From: Octopus bimaculoides
Lineage: Eukaryota
Direction: 5' to 3'
Length of the DNA stretch: 60,697 nucleotides
Assembly (NCBI RefSeq): GCF_001194135.2
Contig: NC_069002.1
Location: 31,559,969 to 31,620,665, forward strand
This document shows, piece by piece, positions 25,478 through 39,354 of this stretch (positions within the stretch are counted from its first letter, which is position 1; each line of letters starts with the position of its first letter). Made by a program: the position numbers and the translations under genes. Under the pieces are notes generated by a model. That model saw nothing but the letters and a program-made list of their open reading frames with translations. It was not told where the DNA came from and made no database searches.

Positions 25478-25710
25478 AGATGGCAGAATCGTTAGCATGC
25501 CAGGCGAGATGCTTAGTGGTATTTTGTCTGCCGTTACGTTCCGAGTTCATATTCTGCCGAGGTCGACTTTGCCCTTCATCCTTTCGGGGTCGATTAAATA
25601 AGTACCAGTTACGCACTGGGGTCGATATAATCGACTTAATCCCTTTGTCTGTCCTTGTTTGCCCCCTCTATGTTTAGCCCCTTGTGGGCAGTAAAAGAAA
25701 TAAGAAACGT
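25478..25710 (+). mobile_element. tRNA-derived SINE family D (Meta-domain-like core)
   Basis: GGTCGACTTTGCC.TTCATCCTTTCGGGGTCGAT.AAATAAGTACCAG core. Copies at 19730-19912 (+) and 4150-4255, 4310-4497, 8762-8951, 13050-13248, 13258-13402 (-). The domain name is from memory, not a search. Confidence 0.85.
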
Positions 25711-26135
25711 TTGAAAACTTTAGAAATACCCTACAATCTAGGTGTACTGCAAAAATTGGCATTACTTGGAACTGCACGCATATTGTATGAAGTACTGTCT
25801 GAGGTCCTTGTTGTGACTTGACAGTCAGCACAAGGCCCCGGTAGACACAGTACCTTCAATCAACAGCATCATGATATTGGATGCTGTGCGACATCTTAAA
25901 TCGTAATAATGATACTACTACAGACATTGTCTTTCCTCTGTTACAATATGTGGATCCCACTGTGTCCACCCCTCTGTATGTAGACACTACGGTGTGTCCT
26001 CTCTCCTCCGTCTAAATATGTAGACATTTTGGTGTCCACTCCTGAATACATAGACTCTGCAACGTTCTCAATAAAAGGTGATAATAAAACGTCACAAATT
26101 CTAATGAAAATTTGTGAGAAATTCTCTAAGAAAGG

Positions 26136-26167
<32 letters not shown>

Positions 26168-26297
26168 AGCAAACCCCAAAAATCAATAAATTGGCTTTTA
26201 TTCTAAAGAACCAATAATAACAATATTAATAATAATAATGATAATAATAATAATAGTAATAATAATAATGATAATAATAATAATAATAATAATAATG

Positions 26298-26333
<36 letters not shown>

Positions 26334-26869
26334 TAGCAACAATAATGAATTACAGGGAATAATTGGAAATGTCTAGAATAAAAGACGCCAGAGAAAATTA
26401 AGGTTTTTAGGAAGAAAGAAGATAAATTGTTTTTTTATATATTGTTCTTTAAAAAAAAAGAAGAAAAAAATGATATTATCAAACATGAAGAAGATGAAAG
26501 GGGAAGAGACTGAGTCGTTTATTAGTAAAATATTTGATACAACAACTCTGCACTTATGTTGTTGTTTAACCCTAGGTCGGCCAACTCTACCACCTAACAA
26601 GGAGTAGACGTATATGATTAAGGATGTTCCAGAAATGGCCATCCAGTCTGTCATTTAGAAAGACACTGTGCATGCTTAACTGCATGATACAAAACGTCCT
26701 ACAATGTGTTAAAGGCTTTCAGGTAAGATTTAAGAGAGATTTGTCTGCTATTTCTAGGATGTCAAGCAATATCATACAGGCTCATTTGTTGGCACAGCTT
26801 AGTTCTTCATCATCATTTTAATGTTTTACTTTTAACATCTACTTTTTCCATGCTTCTAAGGATCAGATA

Positions 26870-27200
26870 GGCACATGGCTCAGTGGTTAGAGCGTCGAAC
26901 TTACAATTGCGAGGTAGTGAGTTCAATTCCCAGACCGGGCTGCGTGTTGTGTTCTTGAGCAAGACACTTTATTTCACATTGCTCCAATTGATTCAGCTGT
27001 AGAAATGAGTTGTGATATCACTGGTGCCAAGCTGTATCGGCCCCTTTGCCTTTCCCTTTGATAATATCGGTGGCGTGGAGAGGGGAGGTTGGTATGCATG
27101 GGCGACTGCTGGTCTTCCATAAACAACCTTGCTTGGACTTGTGCCTCGAAGGGGAACATTCTTACTGCAATCCCATGGTCATTTGTGACCGAATGGGATC
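26870..27200 (+). mobile_element. tRNA-derived SINE family E
   Basis: GGCACATGGCTCAGTGGTTAGAGCG...GAGTTCAATTCC, CTTGAGCAAGACACTTT; second copy at 35382-35720. Confidence 0.88.
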
Positions 27201-28279
27201 TTTACATTACTAAGGATTGGAAAAATTTTATTGAAGCAGATTTCCTACAGCTGGGTGCCCTTCCTGTTGCCAACCGTAGTAATATTTCCCCATGGCCAGA
27301 CATGTTCTCAGAGAATATTCAAAATAACTGACTGCTTATATGACAGTAACACTTGTTAACTATCATAGAAAGTCAAGATGGACAGACAGACAGACACACA
27401 CACACACATTTCCTTGTTTTTGTTCACTGATTTCATTCATTAACTTGTGGCCATGCTGGGGCACCGCATCGAAGGGTATTTTAGTCGAATGAATCAACCC
27501 CCAGTATTTATGTTTTAAGCCTGGCACTTATTCTATCAGTCTCTTATGCCGAACTGCTAAGTTACAGGGATGTAAACAAACTAACATTGGTCGTCAAGCA
27601 GTAGTAGGGGTACAAATATAAACGCACCTATGTGGTACCACATAAACACACCCATGCAGTGCCACGTTAAAGGCACCCAGCACGCTCTGCAAAGTGGTTG
27701 GCATGTTAGGAAGGGCATCCAGCCATAGAAACCATGCCAAATCAGACTGGGACCTGGTGTAGCTCTCCAGCTTGCTAGTTCTAGTCACACCGTCCAATGC
27801 ATGCCAGCATGGAAAATGGACGAGAAATGAGGAAGATGGATGACGACGATATACAATGAGCTTCTTTCAGTTACCGTCTATCAAATCCATTCACAAGGCT
27901 TTGGTCAGAGCAGGGTGACAGAAGATACTTGTACAAAGTGCTGTGCAATGGGGTTGAACTCAAAGCCATGTGGTCGGGACGTAAATTTCTTCACAACACA
28001 GTGGAACCAAATAAGTATGGTCAGTGTGTTGGTCAACAGAGTTAAATATGGTCAGGATGTGTAATATCAGAACTAAATGTGGTCAATGAAAGTAAATAGG
28101 GTCAGTGGCCATGTTTAGCATCACTGGTCAATACAAGGACAAATTACATTTATTAAAACGAAATATATATGGTGAGTGCATGTATTGGACAGTGGTCAGT
28201 ATATATAGGACAGTGGTCAGTCTACGTATTTCTAATTTTTAAATAATCTGTTTCACTAATGTCTTCATTACAGTATTGA

Positions 28280-28818
28280 CAGAACATAATGACGACGATG
28301 ATGGCAGTGATGATGATGATGATGACGATGATGACAATAGTGGTGATGGTGACCATGATAGGGATGATGATGATGATGATAACGATATAATGATGATGAT
28401 GATGGCAATGGTAATGTGGGTAGTTACAATCATGACGATGCTAGTGATGATGACGATGATGATGGGTGGGGGTGAGACGGGGTGGTGGTGGCAGTGATTA
28501 ATGTAATGGAGGTGATGATAATGATGACGATGATGACAGTGATGATAATAATAATAATCTCCCCCCCCCCCNNNNNNNNNNNNNNNNNNNNNNNNNNNNN
28601 NNNNNNNNNNNNNNNNNNNNNNNNNNNNNNNNNNNNNNNNNNNNNNNNNNNNNNNNNNNNNNNNNNNNNNNNNNNNNNNNNNNNNNNNNNNNNNNNNNNN
28701 NNNNNNNNNNNNCGCCACTGACGTTGCCGTAAAATGTGGATGAAATTACAGTTTGCGATAGTAATTGATATTTTAACCAATGTTGAGGAGAGAGAGTGAA
28801 AGAGAGAGAGAGAAACGA

Positions 28819-28857
<39 letters not shown>

Positions 28858-29403
28858 AAGACATGATGGCAGCTACAGAATATTTTAAGCGGTGGAGTCT
28901 TTTTGTCTTCATTGTCATTACCATTCTTATTATTACCACTATAACCCCACCAGCATCAGCATCATCATCATCATTAACAATATTCTAACAACCACCACTT
29001 ACGTCGCCCTCACTGTCGCTACCATCACCACCATTATCGTAACCAATACCACCAGCAACCCTCTCACCATCAAACACCACCAGTTTGGTCCTTCAAAAAT
29101 TATTGAAAATGGTGATTAGCCAAATTGTTTTTGTCTAATTAACATATGTTAACTGATAAAAAGCACATCACTACCACCACCACCACCACCATCATTGTTT
29201 TTGTTGTTGTCATCATCGTCATCACAAGCATTATTACCACCACCACCATTGCTATCGTCATGGTAATCACAAAGGCCATCGCCATAAAACATCTTGTACC
29301 AGCAGATGTCTATGTTAGATGGAAGATGGTGTTATAGCTTCAATGTTTCAGCAATTTGGAGAGACAGACTGAAAGACGGACAAGCAGAGTAGAAGATAGA
29401 GAG

Positions 29404-29434
<31 letters not shown>

Positions 29435-29975
29435 AAGAATAAGGTGTGTGTGTGTGAATGCCTATATATATATATATATATATATNNNNNNNNNNNNNNN
29501 NNNNNNNNNNNNNNNNNNNNNNNNNNNNNNNNNNNNNNNNNNNNNNNNNNNNNNNNNNNNNNNNNNNNNNNNNNNNNNNNNNNNNNNNNNNNNNNNNNNN
29601 NNNNNNNNNNNNNNNNNNNNNNNNNNNNNNNNNNNNNNNNNNNNNNNNNNNNNNNNNNNNNNNNNNNNNNNNNNNNNNNNNNNNNNNNNNNNNNNNNNNN
29701 NNNNNNNNNNNNNNNNNNNNNNNNNNNNNNNNNNNNNNNNNNNNNNNNNNNNNNNNNNNNNNNNNNNNNNNNNNNNNNNNNNNNNNNNNNNNNNNNNNNN
29801 NNNNNNNNNNNNNNNNNNNNNNNNNNNNNNNNNNNNNNNNNNNNNNNNNNNNNNNNNNNNNNNNNNNNNNNNNNNNNNNNNNNNNNNNNNNNNNNNNNNN
29901 NNNNNNNNNNNNNNNNNNNNNNNNNNNNNNNNNNNNNNNNNNNNNNNNNNNNNNNNNNNNNNNNNNNNNNNNNNN

Positions 29976-30022
<47 letters not shown>

Positions 30023-32545
30023 ATGTGTGTGTGTGTGTATGTATATATATGTGTGTGTGTATGTATGTATATATATATATATATATATATGGAGAGGAAG
30101 ATAGTCAATGGGAGAGGTTTTCTAGAATATAGTTGTAGACAGTTAATGTCTCACTATAGACACACACAAACACGTGCTTACATACGTATACATATACAGA
30201 CAGAAACACACAAGCGTGTGTACACACGCACACACACACACATTAGACAAACGGGTGTGTGTATATACATACACACACACTAATGTATGTGTGTGTGTGT
30301 GCATATATACAAAGAGACACAGACACAACTGCACATATTACATGGTTACAGAGGAATGTAGATGCAAACATGCGCACACCCAGGAGAAGTTGCATTCAAA
30401 CTCGCACACAGAAAGCAACGGATGTGGACACACACACACACACACACGTATAGGAATCCACACAAGCACACGCAGACATGTACTAACATCCACATATGTG
30501 CATACACATGTACATTGAGATGGCTTAACACACACGTGTGCACATATGCCCACGTGCACACATGCACATGTGCACTATACATGTGCACACACACACACAC
30601 ACAGAGAAAGGCGCCAATGAAATATTCTAAAAGAAAACCTCGCAGCCACATTTAAATACAATTCACAACCTGAAGTTATATTGAGTGTGGAGTGTTGGTG
30701 GTGATGATGGTGGTGGTGTTGGTGATGCTGGAGATGTACTTAGTAGTGGTAGTGATGGTGGAGGCATCAGTGGTGACGTGTGCTTGGTAATGGTGGTGGT
30801 GATGGTGGAGGGGTGCTTGGTGGCGATGGTGACAATGGTGGTGGTGGTGGTGGTTGTAGTAGTGGTATGTCTGGTTGTGACGGTGGTATGTTTTGATGGT
30901 GGAGGTGTGCTTAGTGGTGGGGATGGTGAAAGTGCACTTGGTGGTAGCGGTGATGGTGGCAGTGGTGAAGGTGGTGCCCTAGGCAGTGGTGGTGGTGGTA
31001 GTGATAACAGTGACAATAGTGGTGGTGGCGTGCTTGGTAATGGTGGTGGTGATGGTGGTGGTGATGGTGGTAGTGGTATGTTTGGTTTGTGACGGTGCTG
31101 GTGTTTCTCGTCTTAGTTGTGGGTGCATGTCAGTGGTGCAGTTGGCATAATTGCTGCAGTTGGCACGGCTGATGGTGCAACCAGTGTTACGGTGGTAGTA
31201 GCGCAGTAGGTGTTGCAGTTGCTCCGTTGCGACTTACGCTTAATTCTGGTGAAACTGAAGACTGGACACAGAGTGGACATTAAAGCTGAAGAACTGATCA
31301 AAGACGACAGACTTGGAAAATGGACAAAACAGAGATGATGATGATGATGATGGAGATGGTGGTGTTGAGGATGATGATGGTGATGATGATGATGAAGATC
31401 AAAATAATGATTATGATGATGATGGTGGCGTTGCTGCTGCTGATGATGACGATGGTGGTGATGATGATTAATATGATGCTTGTGATAATGGTGATGATGA
31501 TGATAGTGTGATGATGCTTGTGGTGTGTGTTTGGCTAAAGAATGAAGAATCGATGGTTGGGTAGTTTGGTAGCATTGCCACTGGTGGAGAGAGAGAGAGA
31601 GGGAGAGGGAGAGAGGGAGAGAAAGAGAGGCGGAGAGGGAGGGAGCAGAGATGTCCTTAAGTCGATTGTTCTGTGCAAGGAATTGGCACGAGGACAAGTC
31701 TGTGAAGTATTGGGCGGAAGTTGTTGAAGATAACAGAACGGTCGAATAGAGATAAATGGTGGTGAGGGNNNNNNNNNNNNNNNNNNNNNNNNNNNNNNNN
31801 NNNNNNNNNNNNNNNNNNNNNNNNNNNNNNNNNNNNNNNNNNNNNNNNNNNNNNNNNNNNNNNNNNNNNNNNNNNNNNNNNNNNNNNNNNNNNNNNNNNN
31901 NNNNNNNNNNNNNNNNNNNNNNNNNNNNNNNNNNNNNNNNNNNNNNNNNNNNNNNNNNNNNNNNNNNNNNNNNNNNNNNNNNNNNNNNNNNNNNNNNNNN
32001 NNNNNNNNNNNNNNNNNNNNNNNNNNNNNNNNNNNNNNNNNNNNNNNNNNNNNNNNNNNNNNNNNNNNNNNNNNNNNNNNNNNNNNNNNNNNNNNNNNAA
32101 TTAAACTCTTGCCATCGATGTAAGGGGAGATAATTTGGGTCAGACTCTTTTAGCAGCGTTAACTTGTTGCTCTGATAATTATTTTGTCTTGCAACCAGCA
32201 AAAGATTCTGGTTAAAATTTCTATGATGGTGATGATGATGATGGTGGTGGTGGTGATGATGAGAATGGCAGCAGCAGTGGTTTTCACAGAAATGATGATG
32301 ACAATAACGATGATGACAAAAACAGCGATGAAGATGGAATGGGAAAGTGGACATTGCAATGGTGGTACGTTGATGATGAGATAGCGATGATGATGATAGT
32401 GTTGATGAAGATGATAGAGGAGATGATGGTGATGGTAGTGGTGATGGCGATAGTAGTGGTGGTGGTGGTTGTGGTGGTGGTGATGTTGATGATGGCAGCA
32501 AAGATAACAAAAGTAATGATGATGATGATGATGAAGAAGGTACAC
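28280..32545. repeat. Extended trinucleotide and low-complexity region ((GAT)n, (GGT)n, (ACC)n, TG/TA) with gaps
   Basis: Direct inspection. Similar tracts at 21290-21605, 26220-26340, 49150-50310 (TG/TA-rich), 52820-53220 and 58930-59280 (polypurine). Confidence 0.9.
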
Positions 32546-34505
32546 AATGAGTCCTGGGGTCGATTTGTTCGACTAAAGGCGGTGCTCCAGCATGGCCGCA
32601 GTCAAAATGACTGAAATAAGTAAAAGAATATACCTCACCAAAGAAACAAAGAAAAAAAGATGGGGGGTGGGAGAGCAAGGGGTTGTATACCCTAGAGCAA
32701 ATAGCAGGTTCAACCAAGCCTCACAGACATGGTTGTGCAGAGAATGGCCAGTGCAATCACCACCTCACCTTGCTGGGAATCATTTCTCAGAATGGGCCCC
32801 AGTTACCCTGAGGAAACCAGTAGTGTAGGGTCTGAGAACACCTGGAACCTCGACAGTGACCGGCACAGACTGATAGCAGCCGGTCAAGCTCCTGTATATA
32901 GTTTTTTTTTTCCCACTTGTTTCAATCATTAGATTGTGGCCATGCTGGGGCATCACCTTGAATTTGCTTTTAGTTGAACGAAGCAACCTCAGTACTTACA
33001 TTTTGGTAAGCTTGGCACTTGTTCTAGTGATCCCTTTTGCGAAACCTCTAACTTATGGGGACATAAACACACTAACACCAGTTGTCAAGTGGTACTGGGG
33101 GGCAAACACAGACAGACACACACACACATGTATACAAATCCACTCACAAGGCTTTGGTTGGCCTGAGGCTATAGAAGACACTTGTCCAAGATGCCACGTA
33201 GGGGGGACTGAACCCAAAACCATGTGGTTGGGAAGCAAGCTACTTACTACACAGCCACACCTGCACCTAAAACAATAATATTTGTTTATCTTGTTCTCCT
33301 TTCAACATGAAATTTCACAAAAAAGGTTCTAATTTAGATCACTTTCAAACAGGGACTTTGCACCAGATAACTTGAACTGGTCTCAGGCAATTTGATATCG
33401 AAAGGGTTAAGAGCCACAATCAATTCATAATAAAAAAGTGACAAGGCCTTCTCTGTAAAACAAGTTGCCAATACAGAACTAGTAAACCTATTTATCTGAC
33501 CATATATGGTAAAACATAAATATTTCATTGTTCCTACAATAATCTGTCAAGAAATTTCTGAGTATTCTCATGAATAATTCAATTATTTCTTTGTTTTTTA
33601 TTATCACTGTGTCCTGTTGCGGCATTTAGTTAAACTTGGGCAGTATTTCAGACCAATATCACAGGCAACACCAGAAAATGGAAGTCACTCATCAAATAAC
33701 TCACACTCGCCAACCCCAAACTCCAGCCTCTACTCGACACACATGCTGTTTCCTCTCCACACATTACATGGGTCCTACCATGTCCTCTCCTCCTGCCAAC
33801 TAAGTCATTGGATACCTCCCTCCCTCCCCACTGGCCTATCCCCATCACACATCTCCCCCCACTTTCTTGGCCTATGCCTCCTCCCACATCTCTCTTCCTC
33901 CCTCACCTATCTACCACACACATCTATTCTCTTCCTCCTCCTCCCTGGCATATACAATACATACATATCTCTCTTCCTTATCCTCCTTAGCCTACACCCC
34001 TCCCGCCATCTCTTTTCCTCCTCCTCCTACTCCCTGGTCTATCCCCCTCACATCTCACCTCCTCCTCTTCCACCACCTTGGCCTACCCCTCCAACACATT
34101 TCTCCTCCTCCTCTTCCTCTCACCACTCCTACTATCATCCTCTCTCTCCCAGTTGTCACTCTGTTAATCTCTTTTCGGTTCCCAATCCTTTCTTACCAAA
34201 AGTGACCACCCTCTGGAACTGGATCCTATCCTCACCCATCCGTCCAACATTAAGAGATGCTTTAACCAAACTGAACATCAACTGCATTAATGTCAGGAAT
34301 GCAAGAAAAGCACCCAAAGACGTTACGGCCACTGCCCCACCCACCCAGACAAAACCAGAAAAACAAACAACAAACACACAAGTCAAGCTGTTAGGCCCTA
34401 ATCAATAATTCTTCAAAGTCCATGTTTTGTAAGCCTGTTGTTCTTCATATCACCATTAACTTGGCTGCAGCTATTATTTGGATCGGGGCTATACATATGA
34501 ATGCA

Positions 34506-34552
<47 letters not shown>

Positions 34553-34865
34553 ATATATATATTGATTTAATACAAATTGCAAAAGGGGAACTAAGAGTTT
34601 CGTGCTTTCATGATACTTCAAATGGGTGGATTTATAAAATACATCATGTATCTCTAAGCAATCTTTCAGGCTCTGTTTATGCATTAGATGCACCGAGTCT
34701 GGCAGACTGCCTGGAGATACATGGCATACATTTTAAGTATAAAACTATTAGTAGCACTTTTGGTGTGTATTTAAACTGATATTTATCTCTCACTGGATAG
34801 AGTACTTTTTTAAAAAAAGAATAGAAGAATATATATTTATATATATATATATATATATACATATA

Positions 34866-35031
34866 TATAGGTGCAGGAGTGGCTGGGTGGTAAGTAGCTT
34901 GCTTACCAACCACATGGTTCCGGGTTCAGTCCCACTGCGTGGCACCTTGGGCAAGTGTCTTCTACTATAGCTTCGGGCTGACCAAAGCCTTGTGAGTGGA
35001 TTTGGTAGACAGAAACTGAAAAAAGCCCCTC

Positions 35032-35065
<34 letters not shown>

Positions 35066-35145
35066 TTGTGTGTCTAAGGGCGGTGCTCCAGCATGGCCGC
35101 AGTCAAATGACTGAAACAAGTAAAAGAGTAAAAGAGAGTAAAGAG
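34866..35145 (+). mobile_element. SINE family B with internal deletion
   Basis: Head and tail intact; the segment between the microsatellite and GGCGGTGCTCCAGC is missing. Confidence 0.9.
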
Positions 35146-35381
35146 TATCTGTCTATCTAGCTAGCTAGCTATACATGTGTGTGTGTGTGTTTCTCCATTT
35201 GGTAATCCAAACCTGAAAGAGATGGGCTTCTGTTAAGGACCTGTGAAACTTTAAGCCACATGGAGCCAAATCAAACCGTTTTACACAATAATACATGTAA
35301 CACACCTGGTCAATGTGTTAAGTACTTATTTCTTTCAATTGTCCACTCATTCTTGAAGTGTGTTTGTGTGTGTGTATTGTG

Positions 35382-35720
35382 AAGGCACATGGCTCAGTGG
35401 TTATAATGTTGGACCTACAATCATGAGGTAGTGAGTTCAACTCTGGGACTGGGCTGTGTTGTGTTCTTGAGCAAGACACTTTATTTTCACGTTGCTCCAG
35501 TTCACTCAGCTGTAGAAATGAGTTGTGACATCACTGGTGCCAAGCTGTATTGGCCCCTTTGCCTTTCCCTTGGATAACATCAGTGGCATGGAGCGAGGAG
35601 GCTGGTATGCATGGGCGACTGTCGGTCTTCCATAAACAGCCTTGACCAGACTTGTGCCTTGGAGGGTAACTTTCTAGGAGCAATCCCATGGCCCCTCATG
35701 ACTGACTGGCCCCTTTGTGT
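35382..35720 (+). mobile_element. SINE family E, second copy
   Basis: Colinear with 26870-27200. Confidence 0.88.
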
Positions 35721-36719
35721 GTTGTGTTCTTGAGCAAGAGATAAAAGTGGTACACAGCATGTTTGGTAGGAGCGTAGGTTATGCAGTGGTAGGATGGGGG
35801 AGGAGGAGGAGGAGGAGGCATGTGAGTATGACATAACAACATCACGTCACTTCATTGTCACAATCACGTTGTAATAATATTACAACATTATTCTTAAAAA
35901 TACTACAGCTGTTGACATATACACTTCAATAAACCGTTCTTTGTATAAGAAGATAAGAGTGCCTTGGTTCTGCTGTGAAATAAGAATGGAAGAAATGTCT
36001 CAAAATGTCTTTAACGCTGAAAGCGTTCAGTTTCAAAGACTGAAGCTCCATAGAACAACCTTTAACTGGTTCTGGTAAATAAATAAGATAAATATCAAAG
36101 AAAACAAACAAACAACACCAAGAATATTGACTGAAAGTTAATTGTTAAGATGTTTACAACAACAACAAAAAAAAAAAAGGATACTAAAATAAGAATAAAA
36201 TGAAACAAGAAGAAAGCTAAATAAATGTAACACTGATAGCTTCAAAATGGAGAGAAGTTTCTGGAAAGCGTCCAAGAATTATGATAAAAGTAAGGAGAAT
36301 GCAGTAAGTTAATTAAAAAAAAGACAAACAAACCAAAAATCACACACACAGACACACACACAAGGCAGGAGGGGAATCAATTAAAATAGAGAAATAATCA
36401 GCTGAAAGGGGAAAATAAACGAGAGAGACCAAGTAGTTTTTGGTGCTGGGGTTTATTGCTGAGAATATCGTGTAGCCCCAGCTGTGCTAGGTCTTGAACC
36501 CACACACATCTGTCCCACTAAAGGTTGTCATGCATTTCATTGAGACGAAGGGAGTCAAACACACCTTTGACAAGGGAAGGGAGTCACTCCAGGCACAGGG
36601 TGGAGGTTACTCCACAGACAAACAGGAAGTCACACACTCCACGGACACGAGGGGGGGGGGGAGAGGTCAAACACTCCACCATTAAGGGAAAATCACATTT
36701 CACCTAAACAAAGGAAGCT

Positions 36720-37015
36720 GCACTCCACCTGCACACCACCCATTTGAGCAAAGTCACACACTCCACCTACATGAGGAAAGTCAAATACTCCACCTACAAT
36801 AGGAAAGTCACACACTCCACCTATATGAGCAAAGTCACACACTCCACCCATTTGAGCAAAGTCACACACTCCACCTACATGAATAAAGTCACACACTCCA
36901 CCCACATGAGCAAAGCCACATACTCCACCTACATGAATAAAGTCACACACTCCACCTACATGAATAAAGTCACACACTCCACCCACATGAGCAAAGCCAC
37001 ATACTCCACCTACAT
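36720..37015. repeat. 27-bp minisatellite, about 11 units, with decayed units to about 36585
   Basis: Unit AAAGTCACACACTCCACC(T/C)ACATGA(A/G)(T/C). Confidence 0.95.
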
Positions 37016-37454
37016 AAGGCAATTCACACTCAAGCTACACGAGGGAAGTCTCTCACACACAGCACTGACAGAGGCAACCCAACCCCAACTCATGACCCTT
37101 CAACAGGTGCAGTCAGAGCCAAGGGCTGTAACATTCTAGAGACAGACAGATCCTACTGCACCAAATTGAGGACACACACACACACTCTCTCTCTCTCTCT
37201 CTTTCACACACTCAGTTTAGACATGCACTTTGCACTTTTCTCACCCCTGCTCTCTCACGCATACGCTCTTTCTTTCTTTCTCTCTCTCTCTCTCTCTTTC
37301 CAACACACTTTCGTACATACACATACACGTACACATTCTCCACTTTTGCCTCTCTCTCTCTCACACACACACATGCACGCACACACTCTCTCCACTTTGC
37401 CTCTCTCTCCCTCTTTCACACACACACACACACACAACATGCACTCACACTCCG

Positions 37455-37492
<38 letters not shown>

Positions 37493-37681
37493 TCCCTCAA
37501 CTAAAGTCACTGCCCTAATTTCAAACATGACAAACGTTCCTCACCATGTTTACAATATCTCTTTCTAAGTTGGGTAAACTGCCAAAATTCTAAGACTTTT
37601 AAAAAAAAAACCTGTCACCCAAGCCAACACNNNNNNNNNNNNNNNNNNNNNNNNNNNNNNNNNNNNNNNNNNNNNNNNNNN

Positions 37682-37722
<41 letters not shown>

Positions 37723-37977
37723 GACAGAGCAGGAACGAAACGTTGACCGGTACATTAGCAACATTGATTTATCAACAGGAAAGCATCACCGACCGCCGCC
37801 GCCGTCGACACCGCCACCGTCGACACCGCCACCATCGCCAACAGACCAGAATGCGTCGACATCGTCGGCAGCATGTTTAATAACCACCACGCTATCGTAT
37901 ATGTAATACAGTTGTTACGGCATTGATCTCATACATATATATTCACTGCTTTGTTATTTGTCAGGAGAGGAAGGGAG

Positions 37978-38018
<41 letters not shown>

Positions 38019-39255
38019 GTGGGGGTTGGGGAGGGAGGAGAAGGAAGAGAATGCGTGCGCGCGTGTGGCGGGTGTGGATGTGGGGTTGAGAGTGGCACTC
38101 AAGGCCATGAAAGATTCAAGCGAAAGAGCGGTCAGATGATGTTTGGATCAATTTTGCTGCACTGCTGGCGGAGAAACAGACAATTGTTGTGTTTACTTTA
38201 GGGAATTTAGACTGAAATAAATGAGAAAGGAGGCAAAACTAGAACAGTTTTTTTTGTTGTTATTGGAGTTGGTGTTGTTGTTGGTGTTGTTGCTCTTGGT
38301 ATGATGAATCCCTGTCAATAGAGACGAGAATACAATGAGGTTTATTGATCTCCTATCTAAGTCCTTGTGATCGAATCGATATACAACTTTAAGAGGATAT
38401 TTAGAGATATTGATGAGGGAGGGAAGGATTATATGTAGGGGTACTGAGATGGGGGGGTGGAGGATTTCTGGTGTTGGCCATAAAGAGTGCGGTGGGTCTG
38501 GTGGGTATTGGTGATGGAGTCGAAGCTTGGTGAATATAAAGGATGAAGGGGGTTCTTCTGGTACTGGTGACAGAAGGGGTGTTTAGTAGTCCTGAGGATG
38601 GAGGGCCTGTTTATGTGGGAGAGGGGGGGTCATAACTACTGCAACAGATATTTTGATGGGAACATCTGGGATTACTAGTGAAGGAGGAGTATTTTGGAGG
38701 TAATGATGATGGGAGGGAATTGTGGGTCTATCGGTGATGGAGAGGGGACGCCAGTAGTTACTGCTCATGGAGGGATTTATGTATAAGGCGTTGATGATGG
38801 CAGAAGAGACGTAACATCAAACGACAAAAAAGTCTTTCCCACCCATGCTTTTTGCCTGCAATCACTTCTAGAAGATGCTGCATGGGAGAGAAAAATGGAC
38901 ACTGAGTTGTCCCAGATGGTTCAGGACATTGTGTAGATCAGTGGCTTACGATTCTGTAAGCTCTCCACTTTAGATGGAAGGAATAGTGGAGGATGTTTTG
39001 GAAACCTTACTATTTTATTCCAGTGGACCCCCTATAGCCATTCAATATTTACACATGTGCAGTTGGCGGTCTCTTTTCCTTCTTTGGACTTTTCCCTTTC
39101 TCCTTTCCAACAAAGAGCTATGCTTGAAATGTCAAAAGCTATCTCTTTTTACTGAGTGTCAAGCTAATACATACTTTGCGCATGTCCTCTTGTTTTATTA
39201 TTGTTAATCTTGTTAGTTTATCTGATTTGACTAGATTTAGATATATATGGATTAA

Positions 39256-39354
39256 GGCTACCATTGGTTTCATGCAATGGGGAGTCCCTCAACAATTATC
39301 AATCTTATATCACATGGAACATCAGTGTTCCACTCCATGAAACCAATGGTAGCT
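39256..39354. mobile_element. Small TTAA-flanked inverted-repeat element (Kolobok-like termini)
   Basis: TTAA|GGCTACCATTGGTTTCATG ... CATGAAACCAATGGTAGCT|TTAA. Confidence 0.55.

Noticed and set aside
26870-26945. tRNA-like sequences here and at 8222, 14009, 25243, 35382, 52220
   Set aside because: They are SINE heads continuing into shared SINE bodies, without complete cloverleaves.
30663-31520. Gly/Val-, Thr/His- and Met-rich ORFs (also 21173-21626, 28276-28497, 52589-53387)
   Set aside because: Products of trinucleotide low-complexity tracts.
33617-34408. 263-aa ORF
   Set aside because: C/T-rich low-complexity sequence with no recognisable domain; possibly a decayed retroelement but not assignable.
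36693-37139. Repetitive ORFs on both strands (HVGGVCDF / KVTHSTYM)
   Set aside because: A 27-bp unit keeps frames open trivially; no splice or homology support.
38400-38830. FDVTSL on the minus strand suggesting a reverse transcriptase motif
   Set aside because: No further RT motifs in any frame; too weak to call.
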